This document shows, piece by piece, positions 28,070 to 38,757 of a stretch of 64,000 nt of DNA (positions are counted from its first letter, which is position 1; the number at the start of each line of letters is the position of its first letter). Made by a program: the position numbers and the translations under genes. This DNA is from a virus: positions 103,510 to 167,509 of the IMG/VR virus record IMGVR_UViG_2716884767_000001; one strand, given 5' to 3'. The notes under the pieces are model-generated. The model saw only the letters and a program-made list of their open reading frames with translations, had not been told where the DNA came from and did no database searches.

Positions 28070-28120
28070 GATAAAAAGCAGTATATACTGTTTTCTTGTG
28101 GTACATACCGAATAAAATAA

Positions 28121-31100
28121 ATGGCGACGCCGATACGAATTAAAAGATCTGCAGTTTCTGGTAAGAAACCACAGAATATAGATTTACAAGTAGGAGAATT
28201 AGCTCTTAATACATACGATGGATCCCTTTTCACTAAGAGAGACACAGGTGGTGTAGGGATAGCAACGACAGTAAGTAATATTACACCGTGGGTAGAGAAT
28301 TTTGGTGGGACATCAATAAATTATTCGAGTGGTAATGTTGGTATTGGAAGTGATATCCCAACATCGAAATTAGATATTAATGGATCTTTAAATGTATCTG
28401 CAGGCGCTACATTTGCTGGTGACATAACTGCTAATGGAAATATAGTAGGTGATGATTCAACAAATATATCTGGTATCAGTTCTGTAACTGCCACAAATCT
28501 TTATGGTGCTTTAACGGGAAATGTTCAGGGTAATCTAACTGGAACAGTTCTAACTGGTGCTCAACCAAATATAACTTCATTAGGAACTCTAGGTTCATTA
28601 AATGTAACTAATAAGATTACTGCTAATGATTTTGAGTCTACAGTATCGACAGGAACTGCACCATTCGTAGTCGCATCCACAACAAAGGTAACAAATTTAA
28701 ATGCAGATTTATTAGATGGTAAATCTACAGCAAATAGTAATGTCGGAAATAGTATAGTTATTCGTAATGCTGCTGGAGGATTTATTGCAGGTGATGTAAA
28801 TTTCCAAAGTATAGTTGGAACTGCATTGTCGGTTTCTGGTATATCAACCTTTAACAGTGGTGTAGGTATTGCTGATTCAATATTTAATATTGAACATCCA
28901 AATACTGCAATCAGATTTCTTACTGAAGAAGTCGCAATTGAAACTGCTGGCACGGAAAGACTTCGTATCACATCATCAGGTGAAGTTGGTATTGGAACTA
29001 TAAGTCCAGCATCAATGTTTCATATACACTCTGGAGTACCAAGAATTACAATGAGTGATAGTGGAACTGGAGTTCATCACAAAATTAATGCGGACTCTTC
29101 TGTTGGTAATTTTGCATTTGATGTTGATTATGATTCCATCACTTCCACTCCTGCATTCATAGTTAATATTAAAGATGGGGAAAAACTTCGCATCACATCA
29201 ACAGGTAAAGTTGGTATTGGAACTGCGAATCCAACAGCACATCTTCAAGTTTATAGAGCAACTCAATTTGCAAGTAATCCAATAATTCAGGCAAGATCTA
29301 ATAATGGAAGCACCAATGAATTAAAATTTGAAATTGATGGTGATGGTGATGCTTATTTTAATGGTAAAGTTGGTATTGGAACTCTTGTCCCATCTCATGA
29401 ACTGACTTTATTTGGGGATGATCCCATAATTGAAATTCTAGAAAAAAGTGTTAGTTCAAAAGTCACAATAGGTACAGGAACTGTTCAAGGTTTTATAAAC
29501 ATTCAAAAAGCTGATGGAACAAGAACTGTTCAAATAAGCAGTGATGGTAATAGTTATTTTAAAGGTGGTAAAGTTGGTATCGGAACTAATGATCCATCAG
29601 CAATATTTGATGTTACAGATGGTACAACAAGAATATCTTTTAATAGAACAAACAATACACCACGAATTGATTTTAAATCAAATAATGTTGCAGATTTATG
29701 CCAAATAAAAGCATCAGAATCAGTTGGTGGTGGAGTCCTACAAGTTTTTACCAAAACTACTGGCGGTACTTCTACAGAAAGAGTTCGTATCTTATCTGAT
29801 GGAAAAGTAAAGATATGTCATGTTGATGGTGAAAACCCTACTGAACCTCTTCATGTAGTTGCAACTGCGGTCAATCAGGATATTGCAAGATTTACAGGTG
29901 CAAATAGAGATAGAGGGTTAGTAATAAGCACTGGTATTTCTGGAATAACAAATGATGCAGTTATTAAATACAATGCCGATTCTCAAAATAGTGCTGGACA
30001 ACATGTATTTTTGACAGATGGAATCGAAAGACTTCGCATCGATTCAAGTGGTAATTTAAAAGTTACTGGAATAGCTACCTTTGATCAGAATGTATCAATT
30101 GGTGGTACATTAACATATGAAGACGTAACAAATATAGATTCAGTTGGCATTATTACTGCAAGAAGTGGTATTAAGGTGACTGCTGGTGGTATCAACGCTG
30201 TTGGTGTTGTAACTGCTACTCAGGCAGATATTGGTACTGGTGGATTAGATGTAGACGGTACAACAGATTTAGATACTCTTAATGTTTCTGAAGTTTCTAC
30301 ATTCAGTGATAAAATAGTCGTAGATACCAGCAATGTATCAGAATTTAAAGGTAATGGAAGAATAAAAATAAGTGGTGCTACTCAAACCACCAAATTACAT
30401 TTACAGAGAGGCAGCACTTCCGATGTTGCAATGAGATTTGAAAATAACCATGGTAGTATTTACGCTGGACTCGCTGCTGGTTTTAATAACAATCAAAGAT
30501 TTATTATTGGACTAGATGCTGATTTATCTGATGATCCAATATTAATAGCTAATGAAACCAAGCATGTAATTGTTGGAAGTTCTACTACTGGTGCTACCTT
30601 TAGTGGTGCAACTGGTGATGCAAAAATCACTGGTATTTTAACAGCAACATCATTCTCTGGTTCTGGTGCAAGTTTGACAGGACTAACTGGTGCATCTGCA
30701 AACACTTACGGTAATTCCAATAATACTCCAGTAATCACTGTCGATGGTAATGGTAGAATTACTACTATCACAACTGCCTCAATTTCTGGTGGAGGTGGAA
30801 ATGTTGCAGGTATTGACACCACGGGCACATCAGTTTTTAATACTTTAGATATAGGTGGAGATATAGATGTAGATGGTCATACTGAATTAGATAATTTAAA
30901 TGTAACTGGTGTCTCTACCTTTAATCAATTAGCTACTTTTAGTAATGGTATAAACATTCCAACCAATAAAACAATTGGATTGGGAGATACTACTAGTGCA
31001 ACTATAGAATATAATTCATCGGGTGTGATGAATAGGTTGAATAAACATGGTGCGGATGATTTTACATGGAAATTGGAGGATCAAGCTGGAACTATGCATA

Positions 31101-34100
31101 TGGAAGTTAGGTCTGGTACAACTAACTCATATGTTCAATTAAGACAAAATGGCAATATCAAATTTGAAACAAAGGATTATGGTGTTGAAATAACAGGAAC
31201 CACTGATACTGATCAATTAAATGTATCTGGTGTTTCAACTTTAGGTGGAAAAGTAAGAATTAATAATACTGATTTAACTACTAGTTCTTCTGCTGATGAA
31301 TTAATTATTGGAGATACAAGTGGTAACAGAGGACTAACGATTTTCTCAGGAACATCTAACACTGGAAATATTTTCTTTGCTGACACATCAACCACTGGTG
31401 TTGGAAATAGAATGGGAACCATTACTTATGATCACAGTGATAACTATATGAGATTTTCCACGAGTGGAAATCAAGAAAAACTTCGTATCGTATCAGATGG
31501 TAAAGTTGGTATCGGACTTACTAATCCAGATGGTCAATTACACATTTCTTCTGGAACATCTGGTGATTGTCGTGTTTACATTGAGGCAGACGCAGACAAT
31601 AATGCCGAGGGAGACAATCCATTTATTATCTTCAAAAATGATGGAGGGATAGAAAATGCTTCTGTTTGGTGTGGAAATACTGATGGTGGCACTAATGACA
31701 ATAGTTTAAATCTTTCTGCATCAACATCTGTTAATGGTGGTATTAGATTTTTCACTGGTGATACTGATGGTGATTGGGAAACAGCAGATGAGAGAGTTCG
31801 TATCACACCAGATGGAGAACTTTTAATAAATGCAGTCACTGAGAGATCATACGTTGATGGTGCTGGATTTACTCAAACTCCCAAACTACAAGTAGAATCA
31901 AATAGTAATGTCGATACTGCAATATCATTAAGATATAATTCTGGTGGTGGTGCTGTTGGACGAAGAGCATCATTTATTTTTGCAAGAACTGCCGATGGAA
32001 GTGCAGTGTCAAATAACAGTGTTTTAGGTGAAGTTCTCTTTATGGGAGAGGGCAACAGCACTCTCGAAAAAGCAGCATCCATTCGTGCAGAAGTTGATGA
32101 AACACCAGGCACAAATGATATGCCTGGTAGATTGATATTTTCTACAAGTGCTGATGGTTCGGATTCTCCGACAGAAAGACTTCGCATCGATAAAGATGGA
32201 AAAGTTGGTATCGGAACTGATTTAACTACCACCCCATCATCCACTTTAACCGTAGCACCTCATAACTCAGCTTCTGGTCGTAATATTTCAATCTATACAA
32301 GTGGTGCTGTTGGTAATAAAGCAGGTCTATTTTTCAATTCGACTTCAGGAACTGGAAACCTAGCAGAAATTCAAGCAGAATATAAGGGAACTAATGAAGG
32401 TGAATTAGTTTTAAGCACTTCGATGCAGAAACGACTTACTATCAATAAGGATGGTAATGTTGGTATCGGAACTGATGCTCCAGGTGCTGCCCGACTTAAA
32501 GTTGTACACGATGGTCTTGATCAAGTAATACAGCAGTGGGGAGGTGCTCAAGGTCCAACTGCTGGCCAGAGATTTATGGAGTTGTATTCTCCAGCGACTG
32601 ATAATGCGAATGATTACTTCAGATTCCAAACAGGTAATGCATTTAAATTTAGAATTGACAACACAGATGCATTAGCAATGAATTCAAGTGGTAATGTTGG
32701 TATTGGAACTGATAGTCCACAGTCAAGATTATATGTGCTTGGAGATGCTCGTATTACTGGTATACTAACTGTTGGGCAAAGTTCTCTAACATTAGATGGA
32801 GATAATAATATAGTCAATGTAGGAACAGCACTAACACTTGGTCATACACAAGGTGTTCAGTTCCATACACAAAATTTACATGCTTCTGGTTTTGAGGTTA
32901 ATCAGATAAATGCAACAGGAATTATAACTGCCAATACATTTAAAGGTGCACTGACTGGTAATGTTACTGGTACTGCAACACTGGCATCAGGATTGACAGG
33001 TACACCTAGCATTACAGTTCAGGATATTACCGCTGAAATGGTTTCTATTGGTGGAACATTAACATATGAAGATGTAACAAATATAGATTCGATTGGTATA
33101 ATTACTGCGAGAGATAATATAAAGTTAACAGCAGCAGAAGGTCAAATAGAGGCAACTGGTTCAACTGGACTTACCTTAAATGCTTCAGATGGTTCTGCCT
33201 TTGCAAGAATCAGAGTGGCAGGAGATACTAGACTTCACATCACATCAGATGGTAATGTTGGTATCGGAACTGCCACAGCACCTCATTTGTTAAGTGTTAA
33301 GGGCACTATCTCTAAGATATCTAGTACATCTGGAATACAATTAGTAAATATAGCAAATGATGCATCACAAAATGGAACAATTGCAATAAATCAATCTGGT
33401 GGAACAGAAAGAATAAAATTACATTCTAGTGGTGCAAGTTATTTCAATGGTGGTAACGTTGGTATTGGAAGTGCTGTTCCATCACAGAAATTAGATGTTG
33501 CTGGTAATATAAAAGCTACTGGACAAGTAAGGGTATCTGATGGAACAACTGCAGAACCAAGTGTAGCAGCAGCATCTGATACTAACTCAGGATTGTATTT
33601 TCCTGGTGCTGATGCTGTGGGATTAGTTGCTGGTGGATCTCGAAAATTATTAGCAAATTCAAGTGGTGTAACAATTAATAATGGTGATTTAGCAGTTAAT
33701 GGTGGTAATTTAGATGTTTCTGAAGACATAAGACATATTGATAATACAAATACAAAGATATCATTTACTAGTAATACAATATCATTTGATACTGCAGGAG
33801 ATGAAAGACTTCGCATCACATCAGGTGGTAAAATAGAAGTCAAAGGAACTCGTGCAGGTTCTTTACAAGCAAGTGATGATGATACATTACAACTTTATAC
33901 TGCAAGCACTAATAATAATATCGACAGAGGAGCAGGTATAACTTTCTATAATCACGATAATAGTGGTTATGAGATGGGTGGAACCATTCAGGTAGCAAAA
34001 GAGAATGGAACTGCTGATGATGTAGCAGCATATATGAGATTTTCCACACGACCTGCTGGAGGATCTGCAACAGAAAGACTTCGCATCGACTCAGATGGTA

Positions 34101-37100
34101 AATTACTTATCGGTATAAATGCATCAACATCTGGTGATGGGCAGTTACAGTCATTTAAACCTACTGGTAATAATAGCACAGTTGTAGTTGGTAATGTTGC
34201 CACAGCTGCTGATGGTCTAACTAGAGTAGATTTTTGCCCATCAAACAGTACTGTTGGAGCAAGAATAGAATGTCATGCTACTGAAGATTTCTCAACAGTT
34301 GCAAAACGAACAGCAGATTTAGTTTTCGTCACAAGAAAAGACGGGACACATTCTGAAAAACTTCGCATCAACTCTGATGGTCGCTTATTACTGAATGATA
34401 TTTCATCAAGGGTTGTTGCTAATATCACTGCTCAACTTCAATTAGAAGGAACAACAGCAAATACATCTGCTATTTCAATTACAAGAAATTCTGATAATGC
34501 GTCTCCACCATATCTAAGTTTTGGAAAATCGAGAGCAACTTCTACTGGCGGTACTACTATTATCCAAGATGATGATAATTTAGGGGAGATTAGGTTTAGT
34601 GGTACTGATGGTAATGATTTAACTAATCATGCTGCAAGTATTAATGTAGAGGTAGATGGAACACCTTCAAATAATGTTACACCAGGTCGTTTGATATTCA
34701 GCACTGCAAGTGGTTCTGATGCAACAGAAAGACTTCGCATCACATCAACAGGTTTGTTGCAAGGTACATCAGGTCAACACGATGGAGGACTTGAGTTACT
34801 GTCTGGAAATAATAACCAATCAACAAGATTAAGAATACAATCAAAAAGTTCAGGTGGAACTGCTTATAACTGGTATCTCGACTCCGCACGTAGTGCTGAT
34901 AGATTTACTATTCATGATGGTTCAACCAGTTGGTTTACAATATTAGGAACTGGTTATGTTGGCATTAACGAAACCAGTCCAATTTATGCACTATCAATAG
35001 GAATCAACACTGGAACTGCATGGGATTCAACAAAAAATATATCTAACACAACAAATAATGACTTTATAGGATTAAATCTAACCAATTCAAATTCAGCAGC
35101 TAACGCTGAAGTGGGAATACTGTTCCAATCAACCACTAGTGGTGCGGGACAATATAGTATAAATTGTAGAAAATCTGCTGGTAGTCAAGCTGATTTAATT
35201 TTCAGAACAAGAGATGGTGGTGCTGCAAGTAAAGAAACACTTCGCATCGCATCTGATGGTCAAACAACTGTAAGTTCTACTTCTAACCAACCTTTAGTTC
35301 TAAACAATACAAATGCTAATGGGCAATCAAGTATTTCTTTCCAAAGTGCTGGTTCAACAAAATATAATTTGGGAAGTAATAAAGATGGTGATGGTAATAT
35401 AGATTTCTTTATCTATGATCAAATTAATAGTGCACACAGATTTAATATAAAAGCAGATGGTAATATCGGTATCGGAACTGATAATCCAACAAATAAACTT
35501 GAAGTATATGGAACTGATGCTGCAGTAACTTTATTAAATTATGGTCAATCAAGTGGTGGTCTAGCTGCTTGGCCAAGCGGAAGACTTGCATTTGTTTCAG
35601 CACATCAGAATGATGATTTAGTATTTGGTTACTCTAATAGCACACTGCAAGTAGAAAACTTTGTTGAAGCAATGAGAATTGATAATGGAACTGGTAAGGT
35701 TGGTATCGGAACTATTAATCCAGACGAACTACTCCATCTTTTTTCAGCATCTAGTGATTCAAAGATAGTATTAGAAGCAGGTAATAATTCTGCTGTTAAT
35801 GGAATATTTTGGAATGATGAAAATAGTAATACACAATCTGAATTCTATTATTCACATCCTGATAATAAACAATTTTTAAAATTTAATGGTAATGGTCTTG
35901 AGATTTATTCAAATCAAACAAGCTCGACAATTGCAAAGGTTGGTCATGGAATTGGTTATAATGAAGTTGTAATACCAAACGGTAAAGTTGGTGTCGGAAC
36001 TGATGATCCTAAAACGGATCTAGATGTTCGAGGATCTATTAGTATGCTTGATTCTCTAGTGGCACCCCATGGTGGTACAGTCACCTATGCTGTCACTGTT
36101 GCAGCTAAAGTAAATCACAGATATCCTGCTGGTAGTCAGTCCAGTTCAAATGCTTTTTATATTGATGGTATTGAGTCCCCTGTTCTTACTCTAACACCAG
36201 GTAGAACATATAGATTTACACATGATAATACTGGAAGTCATCCACTCAAATTCTACCACCAAGCAGATAAAACAACATTATATACATCAGGTGTAGATTT
36301 CCAAAACACATATACTGAGATAACAGTTACTAAGACAACTCCAAGTGTTTTATATTATCAATGCACTGCTCATGATCGCATGGGTAATGCTGTTATTACA
36401 AATTCAGAGGGACTTTACCACGTAGGTGTTTCTACCTTTACTTCAGTTATTCATGCAAACAATGGAATTAAATTAACATCTTCTGATAATAAGAGTATAA
36501 TATTAGGTGAACATGAAGACATGCGTATGAGGCATACGGGTAGTCATTCGGAGATAACTGATGAGGGAACTGGTAGTTTAAGACTTGGTGGAGATCAAAT
36601 AGTAATAGGTAATGCTGCTTTTGATGAAACTAACGCAGTCATTAAACAGGGAGCAACAGGATATGTTGTATTAAAGCAGAATGGAAATACAAAATTAACA
36701 ACAACTAACACTGGAGTTGTCGTAACGGGAATCCTAACTGCAACATCATTTAAAGATGCTAATGGAAATACGATTGGTGGTGGAGGTGGAGGTGTAACAG
36801 TTCAAGATGAAGGTAGTGCATTATCAACCACAGGAACTACACTTAACTTTGTAGGAAATGGTGTTGTTGCATCAGGAACTGGAGCAACTAAAACAATTAC
36901 TATTTCAGGTGGTGGTAGTGGTGTAACAGTTGGTAATCAAGGTTCTGATTTATCCACATTAGGAACAACTCTGAACTTTGTGGGTTCTGGTGTTGTTGCA
37001 TCAGGAACTGGAGCAACTAAAACAATCACAATTAGTGGTGGTGGAGGTGGAACTGGTGGTAAGTTTGTAGAAAACGCAACTGGTATTCATACTTTAGGTA

Positions 37101-37756
37101 ATGTTGGTCTTGGAACAACCAATGCAAGCGAAGCAATATTAAACATTAGTACTGGTGCTGGTGTAACTGATACAGTTGCATTAGATATTCAAGGAACTGA
37201 GGGATCATTATTCAGTGTTACAAATAATCTCACAAGTGGATCACTATTTTCGATTAACGATGTCAGTGGTATTCCTGCCTTTGATTATAACGCTAATGGT
37301 AAAATATCCATGGGTGCTTTTGCCGACACCGTTGCGATAGGAAAAACCAGTAGTGGAGTTAAACTTGGAGTTAAAGGTAGTATAACTGAGGGTGTTCATA
37401 TTGTCGCAAATAAACTTAGTGCTGCACCAAATATCAATGTTGACAATGGAAACGTACATTTATTTACAACAAATGAAACAACGACTGCGACACCAAACGT
37501 AACTTCAACTGTTGGACTTAATACATCAATGGATACTGGTGATACTTTAACTGTTGTTATAATTTCAAAACCAAATAATGCTGGATACTATGCAGAGTTA
37601 ACAATTGATGGAGTTGCTCAAACAGAAGAATGGTTGGGTGGAAGTGCACCATCTAGTGCAAGTTCAGATGGATATGATGTAAATACATACAATGTCATTA
37701 AAACTGGTGATGCAGCATACATAGTTCTAGCAAATAGTGTAAACTTCTCAAACTAA
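28121..37756 (+). CDS. Giant modular tail fibre protein (3211 aa)
   Basis: N-terminus IRIKRS...GELALNTYDG; many ERLRITSxGxVGIGT junctions; Gly/Thr/Ser-rich; C-terminal domain ending YNVIKTG. Confidence 0.85.
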   Translation: MATPIRIKRSAVSGKKPQNIDLQVGELALNTYDGSLFTKRDTGGVGIATTVSNITPWVENFGGTSINYSSGNVGIGSDIPTSKLDINGSLNVSAGATFAGDITANGNIVGDDSTNISGISSVTATNLYGALTGNVQGNLTGTVLTGAQPNITSLGTLGSLNVTNKITANDFESTVSTGTAPFVVASTTKVTNLNADLLDGKSTANSNVGNSIVIRNAAGGFIAGDVNFQSIVGTALSVSGISTFNSGVGIADSIFNIEHPNTAIRFLTEEVAIETAGTERLRITSSGEVGIGTISPASMFHIHSGVPRITMSDSGTGVHHKINADSSVGNFAFDVDYDSITSTPAFIVNIKDGEKLRITSTGKVGIGTANPTAHLQVYRATQFASNPIIQARSNNGSTNELKFEIDGDGDAYFNGKVGIGTLVPSHELTLFGDDPIIEILEKSVSSKVTIGTGTVQGFINIQKADGTRTVQISSDGNSYFKGGKVGIGTNDPSAIFDVTDGTTRISFNRTNNTPRIDFKSNNVADLCQIKASESVGGGVLQVFTKTTGGTSTERVRILSDGKVKICHVDGENPTEPLHVVATAVNQDIARFTGANRDRGLVISTGISGITNDAVIKYNADSQNSAGQHVFLTDGIERLRIDSSGNLKVTGIATFDQNVSIGGTLTYEDVTNIDSVGIITARSGIKVTAGGINAVGVVTATQADIGTGGLDVDGTTDLDTLNVSEVSTFSDKIVVDTSNVSEFKGNGRIKISGATQTTKLHLQRGSTSDVAMRFENNHGSIYAGLAAGFNNNQRFIIGLDADLSDDPILIANETKHVIVGSSTTGATFSGATGDAKITGILTATSFSGSGASLTGLTGASANTYGNSNNTPVITVDGNGRITTITTASISGGGGNVAGIDTTGTSVFNTLDIGGDIDVDGHTELDNLNVTGVSTFNQLATFSNGINIPTNKTIGLGDTTSATIEYNSSGVMNRLNKHGADDFTWKLEDQAGTMHMEVRSGTTNSYVQLRQNGNIKFETKDYGVEITGTTDTDQLNVSGVSTLGGKVRINNTDLTTSSSADELIIGDTSGNRGLTIFSGTSNTGNIFFADTSTTGVGNRMGTITYDHSDNYMRFSTSGNQEKLRIVSDGKVGIGLTNPDGQLHISSGTSGDCRVYIEADADNNAEGDNPFIIFKNDGGIENASVWCGNTDGGTNDNSLNLSASTSVNGGIRFFTGDTDGDWETADERVRITPDGELLINAVTERSYVDGAGFTQTPKLQVESNSNVDTAISLRYNSGGGAVGRRASFIFARTADGSAVSNNSVLGEVLFMGEGNSTLEKAASIRAEVDETPGTNDMPGRLIFSTSADGSDSPTERLRIDKDGKVGIGTDLTTTPSSTLTVAPHNSASGRNISIYTSGAVGNKAGLFFNSTSGTGNLAEIQAEYKGTNEGELVLSTSMQKRLTINKDGNVGIGTDAPGAARLKVVHDGLDQVIQQWGGAQGPTAGQRFMELYSPATDNANDYFRFQTGNAFKFRIDNTDALAMNSSGNVGIGTDSPQSRLYVLGDARITGILTVGQSSLTLDGDNNIVNVGTALTLGHTQGVQFHTQNLHASGFEVNQINATGIITANTFKGALTGNVTGTATLASGLTGTPSITVQDITAEMVSIGGTLTYEDVTNIDSIGIITARDNIKLTAAEGQIEATGSTGLTLNASDGSAFARIRVAGDTRLHITSDGNVGIGTATAPHLLSVKGTISKISSTSGIQLVNIANDASQNGTIAINQSGGTERIKLHSSGASYFNGGNVGIGSAVPSQKLDVAGNIKATGQVRVSDGTTAEPSVAAASDTNSGLYFPGADAVGLVAGGSRKLLANSSGVTINNGDLAVNGGNLDVSEDIRHIDNTNTKISFTSNTISFDTAGDERLRITSGGKIEVKGTRAGSLQASDDDTLQLYTASTNNNIDRGAGITFYNHDNSGYEMGGTIQVAKENGTADDVAAYMRFSTRPAGGSATERLRIDSDGKLLIGINASTSGDGQLQSFKPTGNNSTVVVGNVATAADGLTRVDFCPSNSTVGARIECHATEDFSTVAKRTADLVFVTRKDGTHSEKLRINSDGRLLLNDISSRVVANITAQLQLEGTTANTSAISITRNSDNASPPYLSFGKSRATSTGGTTIIQDDDNLGEIRFSGTDGNDLTNHAASINVEVDGTPSNNVTPGRLIFSTASGSDATERLRITSTGLLQGTSGQHDGGLELLSGNNNQSTRLRIQSKSSGGTAYNWYLDSARSADRFTIHDGSTSWFTILGTGYVGINETSPIYALSIGINTGTAWDSTKNISNTTNNDFIGLNLTNSNSAANAEVGILFQSTTSGAGQYSINCRKSAGSQADLIFRTRDGGAASKETLRIASDGQTTVSSTSNQPLVLNNTNANGQSSISFQSAGSTKYNLGSNKDGDGNIDFFIYDQINSAHRFNIKADGNIGIGTDNPTNKLEVYGTDAAVTLLNYGQSSGGLAAWPSGRLAFVSAHQNDDLVFGYSNSTLQVENFVEAMRIDNGTGKVGIGTINPDELLHLFSASSDSKIVLEAGNNSAVNGIFWNDENSNTQSEFYYSHPDNKQFLKFNGNGLEIYSNQTSSTIAKVGHGIGYNEVVIPNGKVGVGTDDPKTDLDVRGSISMLDSLVAPHGGTVTYAVTVAAKVNHRYPAGSQSSSNAFYIDGIESPVLTLTPGRTYRFTHDNTGSHPLKFYHQADKTTLYTSGVDFQNTYTEITVTKTTPSVLYYQCTAHDRMGNAVITNSEGLYHVGVSTFTSVIHANNGIKLTSSDNKSIILGEHEDMRMRHTGSHSEITDEGTGSLRLGGDQIVIGNAAFDETNAVIKQGATGYVVLKQNGNTKLTTTNTGVVVTGILTATSFKDANGNTIGGGGGGVTVQDEGSALSTTGTTLNFVGNGVVASGTGATKTITISGGGSGVTVGNQGSDLSTLGTTLNFVGSGVVASGTGATKTITISGGGGGTGGKFVENATGIHTLGNVGLGTTNASEAILNISTGAGVTDTVALDIQGTEGSLFSVTNNLTSGSLFSINDVSGIPAFDYNANGKISMGAFADTVAIGKTSSGVKLGVKGSITEGVHIVANKLSAAPNINVDNGNVHLFTTNETTTATPNVTSTVGLNTSMDTGDTLTVVIISKPNNAGYYAELTIDGVAQTEEWLGGSAPSSASSDGYDVNTYNVIKTGDAAYIVLANSVNFSN
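28955..36001 (+). repeat. Dispersed in-frame junction repeats GAAA(G/A)ACTTCG(C/T)ATC and GGTAA(A/T)GTTGGTAT(C/T)GGAACT
   Basis: 12 copies of the first (e.g. 28955, 29180, 30026, 32174, 33803, 34073, 34355, 34727, 35234) and more than 10 of the second (e.g. 29204, 29363, 29567, 31499, 32453, 33251, 35693, 35981). Confidence 0.85.
30092..33112 (+). repeat. Two copies of a 72-nt module (VSIGGTLTYEDVTNIDS[VI]GIITAR)
   Basis: 30092-30163 and 33041-33112. Confidence 0.85.
36791..37048 (+). repeat. Tandem duplication of a 129-nt (43-aa) unit
   Basis: GVTV...TTLNFVG.GVVASGTGATKTITISGGG twice, starting 36791 and 36920. Confidence 0.9.
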
Positions 37757-37757
37757 T

Positions 37758-38693
37758 ATGTCTCCTTTTTTATCAGTATTTGGATTGTCAGGACCTGCTC
37801 CATCTTCTGTTATTTCGAGTGCTGGTGGTGCTGGTGGAGATTCTGGTCAACAGGCATTTACAACTACTGGATCAGAAACTTGGACTGTTCCTAGTGGTGT
37901 AACTTCTATCAGCGTTGTTTGTGTAGGTGGTGGTGGAGGTGGAGCTCGAGCACAATCAGGTAACGTAGGTCCTCAAGGTGGATCTGGTGGTGGTTTAGCT
38001 TATCAAAATAATATATCGGTCACTGCTGGTGAATCTTTGACTGTAACTGTAGGATCTGGTGGTGCTGCTGGTGGAGCAGATGGATCTACAACTACTGGTG
38101 GTAATGGTGGATTTAGCCAACTTGCTAGAGGTGCTACGGTTTTAGTAAAAGCAAACGGTGGTATTGGAGGAATCAGACAAAATAATGGAAGACAGGCAGG
38201 CGGTTCAGGTGGATCTACTTTAGGATATACTGGTGGCGGTGATGGTGGATATGGCGGTTACGGTGTATACAATGGTGCTGGTGGTGCTGGTGGTGGTGCT
38301 GGTGGATACTCTGGTAATGGTGGTAATGGTGGTGCTGGTAATAATAATCAATATCAAACTGCTGGTTCTGGTGGAGGAGGCGGCGGTGGTGAAGCAGATG
38401 GTGTTGGATCAGGTGGAGGCGGTGGTGTCGGTATTCTAGGAGAGGGTTCCAGTGGAGCTGCTACTGGTAATGCTTCTGGTGGATGGGGTGCTGGTGGAAA
38501 TGGTGGTTCTGGTGGTGCTAATGGAGGAACATCATCTGGTGGTGTTGGTGGTGCTGGTGGTGCATATGGAGGAGGAGGCGGAACAGATGAAGACGATTCA
38601 TATAACGATGGTGGAGCTGGAGGACAAGGAGCTGTTAGAATTATTTGGGGTACTGGTAGAGCATTTCCATCAACTAATACTGGTGACGTGTAG
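37758..38693 (+). CDS. Glycine-rich protein following the tail fibre (possible distal adhesin)
   Basis: Polyglycine blocks; same module as in 26059-27648 (TWTVPSGVTSISVVCVGGGGGG ... GAVRIIWG). Confidence 0.7.
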   Translation: MSPFLSVFGLSGPAPSSVISSAGGAGGDSGQQAFTTTGSETWTVPSGVTSISVVCVGGGGGGARAQSGNVGPQGGSGGGLAYQNNISVTAGESLTVTVGSGGAAGGADGSTTTGGNGGFSQLARGATVLVKANGGIGGIRQNNGRQAGGSGGSTLGYTGGGDGGYGGYGVYNGAGGAGGGAGGYSGNGGNGGAGNNNQYQTAGSGGGGGGGEADGVGSGGGGGVGILGEGSSGAATGNASGGWGAGGNGGSGGANGGTSSGGVGGAGGAYGGGGGTDEDDSYNDGGAGGQGAVRIIWGTGRAFPSTNTGDV

Positions 38694-38757
38694 ATAAATA
38701 TTTAAAAGTATGCTATAATGTCTGTTCATAAGATATAAATATAATTTTAGGAAGCAT

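Noticed and set aside
28121-37756. Tail-fibre repeats as a CRISPR array or a DGR template/variable pair
   Set aside because: The repeats are in-frame, irregularly spaced and encode protein. Differences are not adenine-specific, and there is no reverse transcriptase or cas gene in the window.
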